Positions 1-12,228 of a stretch of 64,000 bases of DNA are shown one piece after another. Source of the DNA: Lingula anatina (Eukaryota > Animalia > Brachiopoda); contig CM120644.1 of the NCBI GenBank assembly GCA_051362555.1, forward strand, positions 21,040,534 to 21,104,533, read 5' to 3'. Both the position numbers and the translations under genes were made by a program. Positions within the stretch are counted from its first letter, which is position 1. Each line of letters begins with the position of its first letter. The notes beneath the pieces were generated by a model. It did no database searches. It saw only the letters and a list, made by a program, of their open reading frames with translations, and was not told the DNA's origin.

Positions 1-894
1 AAAGTTCTGTAAACGACATGCGTAAATAATTGGGTTCAGGGCACTGTTCAAAACTAATAGCACTGTAGTGTACATTCGTATGGTCATCCAAGTTTTGGAG
101 AATATTTGGTCCGTGTATACCTGGATTCCCGTAACGACAAAGAAAGGTACCATGCACAGAAAAAACATCCCTAAAACGATCACAGCTGTTTTCAAAATCT
201 TCATGTTTTTCCTGTGAATTTGCCGTGGGTTATTTTTCAGTCGAGAGTTACTTACTACTGACAGATGCTCCGTGAGAGAAGCTATTGCCGCTGCGTGCCT
301 TCCAGCCAAGTGGAAAACTCTTGAATATAACGCTATTATAGCTAGAGATAGCACGATGAACACTGGCAGTACAATATATTTGATGAAGTCTGGCTTCAGA
401 ACATACTGTAAGTCGCATTCCTTCTTCCCCACGTCTCCCGGTCGCCTGTCATCAAACCCGAAAAAGTGAACCGTAACGATCACAAATGCAGAGGGCACCC
501 AAACGAAGACAACACCGAGTCCTTTAGTTTTGGCTGTCAGAACGTTCACGCTCTTGTAGTAAAACGGGTAGATAACTGAGACATATCTGTCCACGCTTAT
601 AGCTAGAAGACAAAGTACCGAACCGGTTATCGAGCTCATGGGCAAACTATAGCGGATAATACACACGTGTAGATCTTGGACAACATCGTCTCGGATAAAC
701 ATGGCAATTTGTAGAGGCATCCCCAGTGCGACCAGCAAGTCAGCGGCGGCCAGCTGAACTACAAACCAGTTCGTCGTGGTCTGCAACTTTTCGCTTCGAA
801 AATATGCAGCAATGACCAAAATGTTTCCAAACCCGATCAATATTATCAGGACCGCCTGTATAGTAATCATCGATACCTCGTAGCCCAATTCCAT
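1..894 (-). CDS. Intronless class A (rhodopsin-like) GPCR, adenosine/melanocortin-receptor-like; 3' end lies outside the window
   Basis: Manual translation from the ATG at 894 (context GACACCATGG, in-frame upstream TAA at 910-912) is open to base 1: MELGYEVSMITIQAVLIILIGFGNILVI..TNWFVVQLAAADLLVALGMP..LLAISVDRYVSVIYPF..FFLCMVPFF..LNSALNPIIYACRLQNF. It contains the TM1 GN, TM2 LAxxD, DRY, CxxP and NPxxY motifs. Confidence 0.95.
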   Translation of the reverse strand, partial: MELGYEVSMITIQAVLIILIGFGNILVIAAYFRSEKLQTTTNWFVVQLAAADLLVALGMPLQIAMFIRDDVVQDLHVCIIRYSLPMSSITGSVLCLLAISVDRYVSVIYPFYYKSVNVLTAKTKGLGVVFVWVPSAFVIVTVHFFGFDDRRPGDVGKKECDLQYVLKPDFIKYIVLPVFIVLSLAIIALYSRVFHLAGRHAAAIASLTEHLSVVSNSRLKNNPRQIHRKNMKILKTAVIVLGMFFLCMVPFFVVTGIQVYTDQIFSKTWMTIRMYTTVLLVLNSALNPIIYACRLQNF

Positions 895-2462
895 GGTGTC
901 TGGGTGCTCTTAAATACTCTAATGTTAATAATTTTTCTGTGAGAATTTCAAGATCCCAAACCGCTTGGAAACTTTTTGTTGGGTATTTCTTTTCTCGAAA
1001 TATTAACCTAAGTTGTGCCCATGCTCAAATCTCTGCTGGCACCTGTTGTCTCTCAAGTCACGGATATAACAAGCCTTTCAGCTCAGTCTTTCTGTCAAAG
1101 GTCGTGAATTTTTTCTCTAAACACCCCCAAATCTGTCGGAACGTCCATATGTTATCTAACTGGACATCAAGGAGTAGATGATCACTCGTGCCTTTAGCCT
1201 CGCCATTGGCATTTGTTTTGGTCCTAGTTGGATAGTCAAAGCCAGTGCATTATCTTCCAAGCAGTACCAAGAGAGATTTATGTTAGAGCTTTTATACAAT
1301 GTATATGAAGATAACGATGTTACACAAGTGCATTTGTACAAAATCACTTTTCCTTTGCAATGTTCCAAAAATACTCGTAGGTTATAATGAGATAAGGTAT
1401 ATGACTTGCCTAACGCAGCGTTGTCAGGCCGGGGGTAAAGTCAGCTCCCAATGTCAAAATAATTAGTCTTTTTGATGTGCACATTGCCTTGGTGACATTG
1501 GCGTTCCTTTATCTACTGAAAAACATTGAAATAGTCTCCTTGCGTCGTTCTTACTTTTTCTTTGTAATAATGTCAAAAGAAAATTTCTTTAATCTAAATC
1601 CCCATCCACTGAAATCAAAATTTTTAGCAGATTCCCTTCCTGTTTGCTTGGACCTAATATATGAGTTATGGGTCCAAGATGTTAGTTAACAGAGGCCGGA
1701 AACGAGAAAAACGTTCGAGGCCTTTGCTGTACATGAACTATTACGTGTTAAGAACAGTTTCCCGTGTTTTTGCAGAGAACTCCTATAATTTGCATGGATG
1801 CACATATATCAAGGTGGTTATCAATTTTCCAATAAATTCAACATCTAATCGCAACCACCAGATAAGTCGAAGCTTGTTCCTGATAAACAAGGAGTCTGTT
1901 TAAAAGTAGTTTTAAATGTATAATCCCATCCTCGGAATGTGAGATATCCCCCAGATTAACAATTCAGTTGTTTGTTGATTTTAGCGACATACTGTATACT
2001 AAAACATCCAATACTCCCAAGTAACATTGCTACTGTACTTGCGCCACTGCATGGAAACACTGTCACTGTATTGCCGACGCTTACTTGCAAACACAATGTC
2101 TTCTTTAGATAATATATCCTACATTTAGTCACTCTAACAATATAATACATCCAAAGATGAATGATAAAATCACAGTGAACAAACGACCCGTTACTGATTT
2201 TATCATGAATATATAAAAAGGGTGCAGTGGCATGCAGTCACTACACGACAGGGACTCATACAGCAGTTTACATTGAGACAGTACAGAGAAGCAGAAACGT
2301 TGTTTTGAGATTCCTCCTCAAAGTGTTAATCAGTATTCCTTTGAACTGTTTTTAATTGACCGAAGTTATTTTACTTTCCCAATGCCAATTAACACTCGGG
2401 TAATTTAATTTGTACATTATTAAATACGCTGACTGATATAGAAGAAACCAGTTAGTCCAATA

Positions 2463-2689
2463 CAGGGGGGATCCAGGATTATTTGAAGGGGGCCCGGTAG
2501 GTTTTTCATGAATCACAGGCCTCGGAGGTCAAGCGGGCCCCGAAAAAATGGTGTTTTGGAGGGTGTACGGTGCCATCTGGTAGGGTTTAGAGCTATAATT
2601 CAGCTAGTCAAAATTCTCAATTTTTTAGAAACCGAAGGGGGGGGGGGGGGCAGGATCCCCCTGACACACACACCCTAAATCCGCCACTG
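2463..2689. mobile_element. MITE (CAGGGGCGGAT...ATCCGCCACTG type)
   Basis: Imperfect TIRs caggggggatcc / atccgccactg, flanked by TA on both sides, with internal poly-G. Confidence 0.65.
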
Positions 2690-3599
2690 TATATGAGTGT
2701 CTGATCGGTTCAAATGCCACGTACTAAAGGTATTTAGAAAAATGTCTTTTGAAACAGATCTACGTTCACTTACGGATCACAATCACAATGAAAAAAAATT
2801 CATTTTATTATTAAATAACCTTCCAGCATTAGGTAGCTTTCGTCTTAATTAAATGAAGTCTTGTCCTTTCTTGCAAAAAAGTGCTAGGACCAATATATAT
2901 GATTATCAATATATATATATATATATATTACCACGTGACTATGTTTATAAAAGCTCAATATAACAGTCAGTTTTTATCGTTTGGTCCAAAAACCATTTTG
3001 TCCACAGGATAGAGATGGCCAGATACCAGATATAATTCAAACATCACTGGCATTTGTACGCAATACAGAGTGACTGACGCACGAGTTGTTTATTTTTCAT
3101 GCTGTCTCCACCTCAGCAAGGTAAATACATGTAGTAACACTGTCATTAGTTGAAATCAAAAGTTCCCCACCCCTGTTAATATGAGGAATCTTGATGACAA
3201 ACACCAGTAATTTTCACGAGCAGTGAAATGTCAAAGGGACCAGAGCACTATTACTAAGGTAACACAGTCCCAGTACACTGGGTCAAAAGTTTAACACGGC
3301 TGTTGGTCAAAATGACGATGATTTATTTACGCTAACATGTAGGATAAAGCTCAACAACATCCAAATGAGGCAACTCGTTTAATGTTTTTTTTAACTGAAT
3401 TAAAATTACTTTTTTTTATAAAGTACGACTGGTCATTTGAAACTTTTCGCTTTTCCAGCCATTAACGCTGTTCACGACATGATTAGGAAGTGTGCAGATA
3501 ATCCAAATTCAAGTTCTAATTAACCGCCTTGATTTCAGTGGAAAATACATGTGGTTGTGGTAGGTTCATTGTGGTGTGTCGTCATTGTAGAGGTGTAAT

Positions 3600-3639
3600 C
3601 AAGGAAGTATATATAGGGCCTATATACTTCACTTCCTTG
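3600..3639. mobile_element. 40-bp palindromic mini-element (TIR-only)
   Basis: caaggaagtatatatagggcctatatacttcacttccttg is flanked by gtgtaat / ttgtaat, a 7-bp TSD-like repeat with 1 mismatch. Confidence 0.55.
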
Positions 3640-4315
3640 TTGTAATAAATATCACGCAAGTTGTTCCGTTGTCTGTTAAATCTTCGTGAGTAGTCCCGTT
3701 GTCCGAAACCGCGTCACGCAAGCCCGTGCCAAGGGTAGTGGCCGCTTGTGGCCACTCATTCCTAGTATCAGCGGAAATTATCTAAAATAAAAAAGGCTGC
3801 TGTAATCAATGTAATTGTCCACTGTCATTGATATGGACATAGAGTAAACGTGCGTGATATACATTTTCTAAAATTATCACAACTTTGGGGGAAAGAGTAA
3901 GACTAACACTGAAATATTTAAATGAGAGAAAAAAAAATGAAATATTTAAAAATATTGGTTAACTATATCATAAGTAAAAATACTTATCCAATAGTATAAC
4001 TGCCCAACGTCAAAAAAAAAAAATAAATAATAATAATAATAAAATGAAATAAAAAAAGTGGTAAGTACATCTTGGCAAGACCCAGGTCTTGCAGCCAGTG
4101 TTTTCAGTCACAGTTTGGACAAATAATATATTGTTTGTCCAAGATCGTTCCATCTCGGCGAATAATCTCGCTGAATGAAATCAGTTGATCAGGTTAACAT
4201 AACTCCTGGCGTTGAGTAAAATACAGAAAATCTGATGATAATATCAGTGCGTTGGAAGCAATAGGAGGCGTGTTAATCTGGTAAACCAAGAAGTTATAAC
4301 TTCTTGGGTAAACTG

Positions 4316-4489
4316 CAGGCCCGTAGCCAGCAATTTCAAAAGGGGGGTTCGTTTTTTGAAAAAGTGGACCTTTTCCCATAAAAACTTCATGTACCTAGAT
4401 CAAATTTTACCCAGAGTGGACCTTTTCCCAGCAAAAGGGGCGGTTCTTTCGAACCCCCCGAAACCCCCCCCCCCCTAGTTACGGGCCTG
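4316..4489. mobile_element. MITE (CAGGCCCGTAG...TACGGGCCTG)
   Basis: TIRs caggcccgtagccag / ctagttacgggcctg; internal poly-C. Confidence 0.7.
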
Positions 4490-4694
4490 TCAGTTACTGC
4501 GTATCATTCAGGTGAGAAATTATTTATTTTTAAAGATACTTGATTCAACTTTTCTGGCTTATAATCCTTGCTGATTTTCTGTTGAGAAAAGAGGATGGTT
4601 AACTCTGTATTTACCACTGTGTTAGAAGTGTGGACAGGGAGGGGGGGGGGGTGCAGAGCAAGCACATGACCATGGTGAAATATGCACACATACT

Positions 4695-7600
4695 TTTTTT
4701 TTTTTTTTATTGTTTTTATTACCCATTTTACAGAGGAATGCCATTGAACATAACAATTTTTACATTAAATCCTGAAATATTAATGAGACAATATGCAAAT
4801 TTCTATGTCCTAGAGTATTGTACCTCCTCTTACAAATCTTAAGTATTTTATAAACAAGAAAGTCAGGTTAATGAAGTCTAGTATTTTTGAAATCAATAAA
4901 TCATAGCAATCAATAAATATCTATATAAAGGTATACAAAACAGATTTGTTCAAAGTGAGTGTGCAGGAAGGAAGAATAATGATTAAAACTAATATGAATT
5001 ACGTATACTTTTCTTTCAGTATTTAAATCAGCAAAAACAAAAACATCACAGCACCTCTATAAAGTGGGTTTATATATAAACACATATTGACATGGACAAG
5101 ACATAGGACACCTTTCACTCACTCATTCATTCATATAGTAACAAGTCATTAATATACATGTATTAATTATATTTCAAAAGTTATGTGATTCAAATATAGC
5201 CCCCACTTTTTTTCAAATTTCTGAAGACAATTATTTCTCTGAGAAATTTGTTTTTCTACATTGCAATAATATTGTATTTCAAATTTCAAACTATCCAGGC
5301 ATGGCAGATTCTTTCTCATTTTTTGTTTATAAATATGTAATCTTGCTAATGCAATAAACAGATTTAGCAGTTTATACTTTTTCCCAATTTTTCCAAAAAT
5401 AATATCTACTGGACTAAGATCTATATTGAATTGATGTAATTCACTTATCCATCCACAAAAAGATGTCCAGAAGGTATTAACATAATCACATGCTACAAAA
5501 AGATGGAGCAATGACTCTATCTCTACATTACAAAAGTCACATTTGTCCTCATTTACCAACCTAATTTTTTTTAGATAGCAATTTGTACTCAATATCCGAT
5601 GAATAAGTCTATAATGGAACCATCTTAGCTTTACATCAATTGTGACAAAGAAAAAAGATGAATAATATTTTTTCCATAGTTCGTTATCTGCTGTGAAATT
5701 AAGATCTCTTTCCCATTTATATTCACTTGACAATTTCGATTGAGTTGTTGATAAAAAAACATTGTAAAATTCTTTTGCTCCTTTCTTACTTTTATTCAGC
5801 CAGTAAAATAATATTGGTTGAGAAGGCAGTTGTTGCAAAGAGTTTATGATAGAATTAATAGTCCATTCACTCAAAATAGCATTTCTTAAACCCATAAAAA
5901 TTGTAAAGGCCGGTCTGAAGTTGTATTTAATACAGAATTCGTCATAGGATAGAAAGTTTCCATCTTCCTTTATCAAATCCTGAATGACCATTATCCTTTT
6001 CCTTATCCACGTTTTATACAAAATAGGTTTATTTTCAATTCTAATCCTGAAATTCAACCATAAAGGGTTCTGAGAACATACATTTAAATCATCATCGATA
6101 ATTGTTTTAAATTCATACAATGCCATAAGAGCATCTTTCCAAAAATTATTATTATTATTATTTGCAAATTCTTTTAGATTCCAGTTTCCATACACTAAAA
6201 AGGTCTCACAAAAGTTTGGCATCATTGACTTTAAAACTAATTTTTTCCAAGAGGAGTCACCTTCCAACAATCTTCTAAACCATGTAATTTTCATAGATTT
6301 TAGTAAGAAAGATAAATGTGGCATTTTCAGTCCCCCATGACAATAATCTTGCACATCCGTATTCCTTGATACCCTGTCATTTTTATTGTTCCAAATGAAT
6401 TTGAAAAATAGCTTTTCTAAGGATTTAATAATTTCAGCTGATGGATTGGGCAAACTTAGAAAATAATGGATGAGTTTGGGGATTAATATTGTTTTAACTA
6501 CTTTAATTCTCCCTATCACTGTAAGCATGCGCTTAGACCAATATGAAATGAGTTTCTTTATTTCTTCGATTTTGCCCTTATAATTTAAAGTAATCATATC
6601 TTTTAAGTTTAGACTAAAGACAACTCCAAGAACAGTGAAAGGTTCTGAAGTCCAGGATATATTATATTCTGGACATAGTTTTTCTGAATTGTTTATTTTA
6701 CTTCCAATCCAAATACACTGTGTCTTCTCAATATTTGGCATAAGGCCAGAAAACTTTGAGTACTGCTGTATAATATTTAAACATGACTTTAGCGAATTTT
6801 CATTGCCATCCAATAATATAACCGTATCATCAGCATATTGCATAATTTTGTATGATTCATCCCCTAGATCAATACCTTTTATATCCGCCTGATTCCGAAT
6901 CATTATACCCATGATTTCAGCACACAACAAAAACAAGTACGGTGAGATTGGGTCACCCTGGCGGCAGCCACGTCCTATGTTAAAAAATTTACTAAATATT
7001 CCATTTTGAATAACACAAAGTTCAAATCCATTAAAAATCAGCTCTATCCACTTTTTGTATTTTGGCCCAAAATTAAAGAAGTCTAGTGTTTTAAAAAGAA
7101 ATTTCCATGAAACAGAATCGAATGCCTTTTGAAAATCAACCAATAAAACCATCCCTGGGATATTATTTTCTTCTGTAAACTGCAAAATATCATAAAGTAG
7201 TATAGTATTCTCACCAATATATCTTCCTGAAATAAATCCTTTTTGGTTTTCGTGTATCAAATCATCTAAGACTGTTTTGATTTTATTTGCTAAGACTCCT
7301 GTCAGTATTTTATATGTTATATTAAGCAGGGAAATTGGTCGCCAGTTCCTGAGGTATTCCCTGGGCTTATCCCCTTTGGGTAGTATAGATATTATCCCTT
7401 GTTTTTGTGATATTGACAGATGACCTATATCAAAGCTATGCAAATAAGACCTGTATAGAAAAAATCTAATGTCATTCCAGAAGAACTTAAAAAATTCAGC
7501 TGTAAACCCATCAGGGCCTGGTGACTTATCATTACTCATTTTATGGAGAGATTTATGTATATCATCTAGTGTTATATCTTCATCTAAAGCTTGCCTTTGG

Positions 7601-9637
7601 TTATCCCTTAATGTTGGAATATTTAAATCTTGAAACATTTCATACAAGTTAACATCGTCTAGATTATCATCCTGTGATCGATATAAATCTGTGTAGAAAG
7701 TTTCGATTTCTCCTAATATTAATTTCTGATCATTTATTTCCTGTCCATCTGTGTTTATCAATTTACGTATGTTTTTATTTATATAATTTCTCTTTTCTAA
7801 ACTACAGAAATATTTTGTTGCCTTTTCTCCATCTTCAATCCATTTTGATCTACTACGTAATAAAAGTCCTTTCAGTTCATTTTTTCTTATTTCTTCCAGT
7901 TGTAATTGTAAATCACTCTTCACTTCCATCAACGTTTCACTATGATCGAAATCTGTTAACTCTTGTATGATTTTTATTTGATTTTCTATAGATTTTTTAA
8001 TTTTCGATGATTCTCTTTTCTTTTTAGAACAGTAGGAAATAGTCATACCTCTAATGTTCATTAATAACATTTCTAAAAACATTGCATCATCACAAGAAAA
8101 ACATAATTCCATCTCCGAGATGCTATTAATGGCATCCAAATTATATGGTAGAAGGGCATAATCCTTTTTTGTTTCCTCTATTACTTGTTTTACCTTTTTG
8201 ACATATTCCAAATCTTTCAAGACCGAGTTATTAAACCTCCAAAAGCCTGCTCCTTTTGTCTGTTCATTTATTTGCACCTCTAATGAAATATAAGCATGAT
8301 CTGTTCTATATCCAGGATTTATCTCTGCCTTTTGTACCAAGTTCATGATCTCTCTAGTTATAAGAAAATAGTCTAATCTTGCTTTTTTGGTAGGATTTCT
8401 CCTAAACCATGTATATCGTTTAGTATTATGATTTTTTATTCTCCATGGATCAACTAGGTTATGTTTACTTTTCAAATCATGCATAGCTTCTCTGGCCCTG
8501 GGATTATTTACATTATCTGAATAGTTAAATGTGTCTAAGTTAACATCTTGAGTCATATTCCAATCTCCGCATATTATATTAAAATCCGTGTCATAATTCT
8601 CTAAATCTGATGCAAGCTTAGAGAAGAAATTTGGAGAGTCACTATTTGGTCCGTAAATATTTACAAGATTCACCTCAAAATTTTTTTCAATATTCATTCT
8701 TAACGAAATAAAATTACCGATATTATCAGTTTGCACACTTTGTACTTTATATTCTATTTTGTTGTTTAAAAGAACTGCGACACCTCTCGAGTCAGTCCTA
8801 CCAGGACTTATAAAACATTCATAGCCCCACTGACTTCTTACATATGCATAATCTTTCTCTGAGAAATGTGTGTCTTGAAGGCAATAAATATCAAATTGTT
8901 TTTCTCTCAAGAATTTGAACACGTCTTTCCTCTTTTTAACATCCTGGAGGCCTCTACAGTTCATTGACATTATTTTAAGATTATCCATTATCCATTTTGA
9001 TAAACAAACATAATATAAATTGCAACATGGATATACATGCATTCACATCTGATGTACTTGTACTATTCCATTTATACAACTCACTTAAAACATGCACTCC
9101 CACACATACCCACGCACACCACGAATATGTAAACCACATAAGTGAAATTATTTAACCGATAGACGTTCAAATATGCAGTATGTTCACATTATTCATAACA
9201 GAATATATAAATCTACACAGATCCTACATGACAGTGAATAATACAAATGAAATACTTTTTTCCGTAAAATCAATGCCATTTTTTTTTAGCCGCTTGTAAC
9301 ATTAGAGAAATCTTTTTTTGTAAAATAATAACACAGCTTGACTCACCTCATCTCAGTAGTGTGAATGATGAGCTAAACTGTACATACCACTGAACATTTT
9401 CTCCCTAGTCGAAGAATCTTAGTAAAGAAGACTGAATATATACCTTAAAACATTAATAATAGAAATAAGTAAGACAGATGGTAATAATTCTTAACATATA
9501 TCTATATGCAGTCACATTCATGCTAATTTTGCTAAGCAGTTTGCTTATGAGTTATTGTTCATATTATTTTTAATTGGTCCTTTAACTTTTTCTTAGTTTA
9601 AGTTTTTCATCCAAGTTATCACAAATGTCAATATGTC
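4695..9637 (-). mobile_element. L1/Tx1-clade non-LTR retrotransposon, 5'-truncated (no ORF1), with poly(A) tail and 16-bp TSD
   Basis: Poly-T at about 4694-4708 (poly-A on the minus strand). The 16-mer aatatgcacacatact is identical at 4679-4694 and 9638-9653. The interval contains an intact ORF2. Confidence 0.92.
5167..8988 (-). CDS. LINE ORF2: AP endonuclease, reverse transcriptase and C-terminal zinc-binding (zf-RVT) region
   Basis: 1291-aa ORF with likely start MDNLKIMSMNCRGL at 8988. APE motifs: CLQDTH, NIYGPN, GDWN, RLDYFL, TDH. RT motifs: KSPGPDG, NWRPISLLN, DFQKAFDSV, GCRQGDPISPYLF, QYADD. C-terminal CDFC..ESLLHLF..C. Confidence 0.96.
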   Translation of the reverse strand: MDNLKIMSMNCRGLQDVKKRKDVFKFLREKQFDIYCLQDTHFSEKDYAYVRSQWGYECFISPGRTDSRGVAVLLNNKIEYKVQSVQTDNIGNFISLRMNIEKNFEVNLVNIYGPNSDSPNFFSKLASDLENYDTDFNIICGDWNMTQDVNLDTFNYSDNVNNPRAREAMHDLKSKHNLVDPWRIKNHNTKRYTWFRRNPTKKARLDYFLITREIMNLVQKAEINPGYRTDHAYISLEVQINEQTKGAGFWRFNNSVLKDLEYVKKVKQVIEETKKDYALLPYNLDAINSISEMELCFSCDDAMFLEMLLMNIRGMTISYCSKKKRESSKIKKSIENQIKIIQELTDFDHSETLMEVKSDLQLQLEEIRKNELKGLLLRSRSKWIEDGEKATKYFCSLEKRNYINKNIRKLINTDGQEINDQKLILGEIETFYTDLYRSQDDNLDDVNLYEMFQDLNIPTLRDNQRQALDEDITLDDIHKSLHKMSNDKSPGPDGFTAEFFKFFWNDIRFFLYRSYLHSFDIGHLSISQKQGIISILPKGDKPREYLRNWRPISLLNITYKILTGVLANKIKTVLDDLIHENQKGFISGRYIGENTILLYDILQFTEENNIPGMVLLVDFQKAFDSVSWKFLFKTLDFFNFGPKYKKWIELIFNGFELCVIQNGIFSKFFNIGRGCRQGDPISPYLFLLCAEIMGIMIRNQADIKGIDLGDESYKIMQYADDTVILLDGNENSLKSCLNIIQQYSKFSGLMPNIEKTQCIWIGSKINNSEKLCPEYNISWTSEPFTVLGVVFSLNLKDMITLNYKGKIEEIKKLISYWSKRMLTVIGRIKVVKTILIPKLIHYFLSLPNPSAEIIKSLEKLFFKFIWNNKNDRVSRNTDVQDYCHGGLKMPHLSFLLKSMKITWFRRLLEGDSSWKKLVLKSMMPNFCETFLVYGNWNLKEFANNNNNNFWKDALMALYEFKTIIDDDLNVCSQNPLWLNFRIRIENKPILYKTWIRKRIMVIQDLIKEDGNFLSYDEFCIKYNFRPAFTIFMGLRNAILSEWTINSIINSLQQLPSQPILFYWLNKSKKGAKEFYNVFLSTTQSKLSSEYKWERDLNFTADNELWKKYYSSFFFVTIDVKLRWFHYRLIHRILSTNCYLKKIRLVNEDKCDFCNVEIESLLHLFVACDYVNTFWTSFCGWISELHQFNIDLSPVDIIFGKIGKKYKLLNLFIALARLHIYKQKMRKNLPCLDSLKFEIQYYCNVEKQISQRNNCLQKFEKKWGLYLNHITFEI

Positions 9638-12228
9638 AATATGCACACATACTGGTATCACAATAAATCTAGAACTTGACTGAGATATTGAATATCTATT
9701 GCACAGTGACATGCAGTAAAGAAATAAATCTGTGTTGTTCTTTAAAGCGTTCTCCAGTCCCTCTCAATAATCTGTAAATTAGATATTCTGAACTACATGA
9801 AAATTTGAATTCATACACATGTATTAAATGTGTGTGCGTGTGTGCATCTTGCATGGGAGTGTAAAATGATAGATCAGTTAATCAGAATCACCCTTCTATT
9901 AATTTAAAAGATGTTGTACATTTTGATCATTAATCAATTCCATTACTATAGGTGGACATGTTTTTGTGTTCTGAAGGTGATCACAGCTATAAATACAGTA
10001 AGTTGTCAGGAATAGAAATGAGCCCTCAAAGTTCATGAAGAAATGCCAACTTTTTTTTATTTCAAAACATCAACATTTTTAATACAAATGAAATGCATGT
10101 TTAAATATATTCACCAATCCAGATCAACCCACAAACCAGTCTCTATTTTCTTAATCCTTATATCCCAGTACAGGTACGCAATTTCTCAAGACAAAGTCCA
10201 AGGGAAATCTTATACATTGGTCCCTTGTAAAAACAGTAAACTTCCTGTAAATAATATGACAAAGGTGAGATTTTGTACCTCATTACCACATTTACATAAT
10301 CTTTCTCCGCCAAGTAAATGTTGGAACTGTCTAATAATGACGCCCTCCAATTCTCATTTAACTTGGACATGACACATGGCAAATAGTCACTGCAGTGCAA
10401 AACTTCTTTTACCCAAAATCTACTCTAAAATGCAAAATGTTACGTCTTTAAGGCGTAAAAAAGGTAAAGTTCAGTCTAAAAAGGAAACATGTCCTCAATA
10501 GCACACCAAATCTTAAGAAAAGAACTGAAAGACATAAGTATAAAGTATCAAAAAGTTGTGCTCAACAGCAAAGTCTGTGCACTGCACTACAACTGCTTGT
10601 TGTAACCTATTCTAAAATGTATAATGTAAATCTCTAAGAGTAAAATGGTTACATTTTAGTGAACTTGTCTTTAAAAAAGGAACAATTTGCTTAAAAACAA
10701 ATATCCAAAACCAAATCTAAAAACAAAACAAAACATCATAAAAAAAACAAGGCAGCAAAGCTGTCATATATACAAACAAAAAGCAGAAAATAATAATACA
10801 CAAAATAAGCTACTGTTGATTCTGATGCAATAATACATCATGCTTAACTGCAAACTCAGCATCAAATTTTAATTATGCACAACAGGCAATACCAATGTAA
10901 GTAAAATGTGTAACAAGCGTAAGGCTTCAGGCCCATGAGAGTTGAAGTGCACACTTTGAAAATGCCAGAATGAGAAAAATGAAAATTTCACAAAACAATT
11001 GCATAAATTCAATAAAAAATGATAATCCAATTGGGCTGGTTGTCTAGTTTGAGCTGAATGTCAATCCTAAGAATCAGGTAAAAAAGTAACAAATTTTTTT
11101 TCACAACATTTGTGGTGGCAGAATGCAAAGTAGCTAGGTTTTTTGTCATTTTTGATGCAATATTACATGATTAACAGCATAATCATCACCAATTTTCTAT
11201 ACATAACATGGACAAGAACATGGACAAGAAAATTTGATAATCATTTGGCTTCATGGCCATGGGAGTTCATCCCACACTGTAAATGCCAATTAATATTTAT
11301 CAGTTCCCTAACTTTAAAGACAAAAGGTAAAATGTTTTTCCACTTATCATGTTATCATTGAAGGTGCATGGCGACAGTGATGACAGCAACGGCAGATGGA
11401 GGTGACAGCTATATGTACAGACACATCTGTGTCTGTACATAAAAAAACCTGATGAACAACAAAAACCTGATGAACAACAGTAATTATCTAAATTTTGGAT
11501 TTAAAATCAGTTTCTGATATATACTTCCTAGATTCATGGAAGTCGCTCTATATTGATGAACAAATTACTTATAATTACACATGATTTGGCACATCTTTAT
11601 GATATTTTAATCTAACTCCCCTCCTAGAAATGTAGACTTCCAGGAAAAAATTTATACATATAGTATTTTATGTAATGATATCTAATTATGAAAACAAAAA
11701 AACAGTTTAAAATGTGTAAATAGAGTCTTTGGCAACAAACAATGGTTAAAAATATACTTTGCATGCACCAATAAATTATATCCAAACTACATTCTTTTCT
11801 CCGAACTACAATTCTTATAGCAATACTAAGTTGGACAACTTATTACTTTCAATTTAATCCATAATTATAACCACTCTTTAATTTGAGCAAGACTAAAATC
11901 ATTACTGCAATATAAAACTAAATATTTCAACATATTCAACCCAAATTTCTTCATTTATAACTTTCTTATATTACAACCTTCACAAGTTGTTCGTATCTAG
12001 ACAAACAAAATGATCTTATGTCATCTAATTTTTAAATAATACATTTAAAAGATAAATTACATCAAAATATACAAACCAGTAAAACTGTCATTCCACCCTA
12101 TAAATACTTAAACTCCTTCTCTTCTAACTCTTTCCATCTGCTGACCTAATTGCACTTAATCTTTAAAGGACAAAAGCTGCTTATGAGCCAAATTTCAATG
12201 CAACAAAAGAGTCCTGCTGAAAAGGTGT

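Noticed and set aside
272-469. Short plus-strand ORF, and ORFs 6635-6892 and 7674-7970
   Set aside because: These are antisense shadows of the GPCR and LINE ORF2 coding sequences.
9043-12000. Search for a LINE ORF1 upstream of ORF2
   Set aside because: There is no long minus-strand ORF, and the TSD closes the element at 9637.
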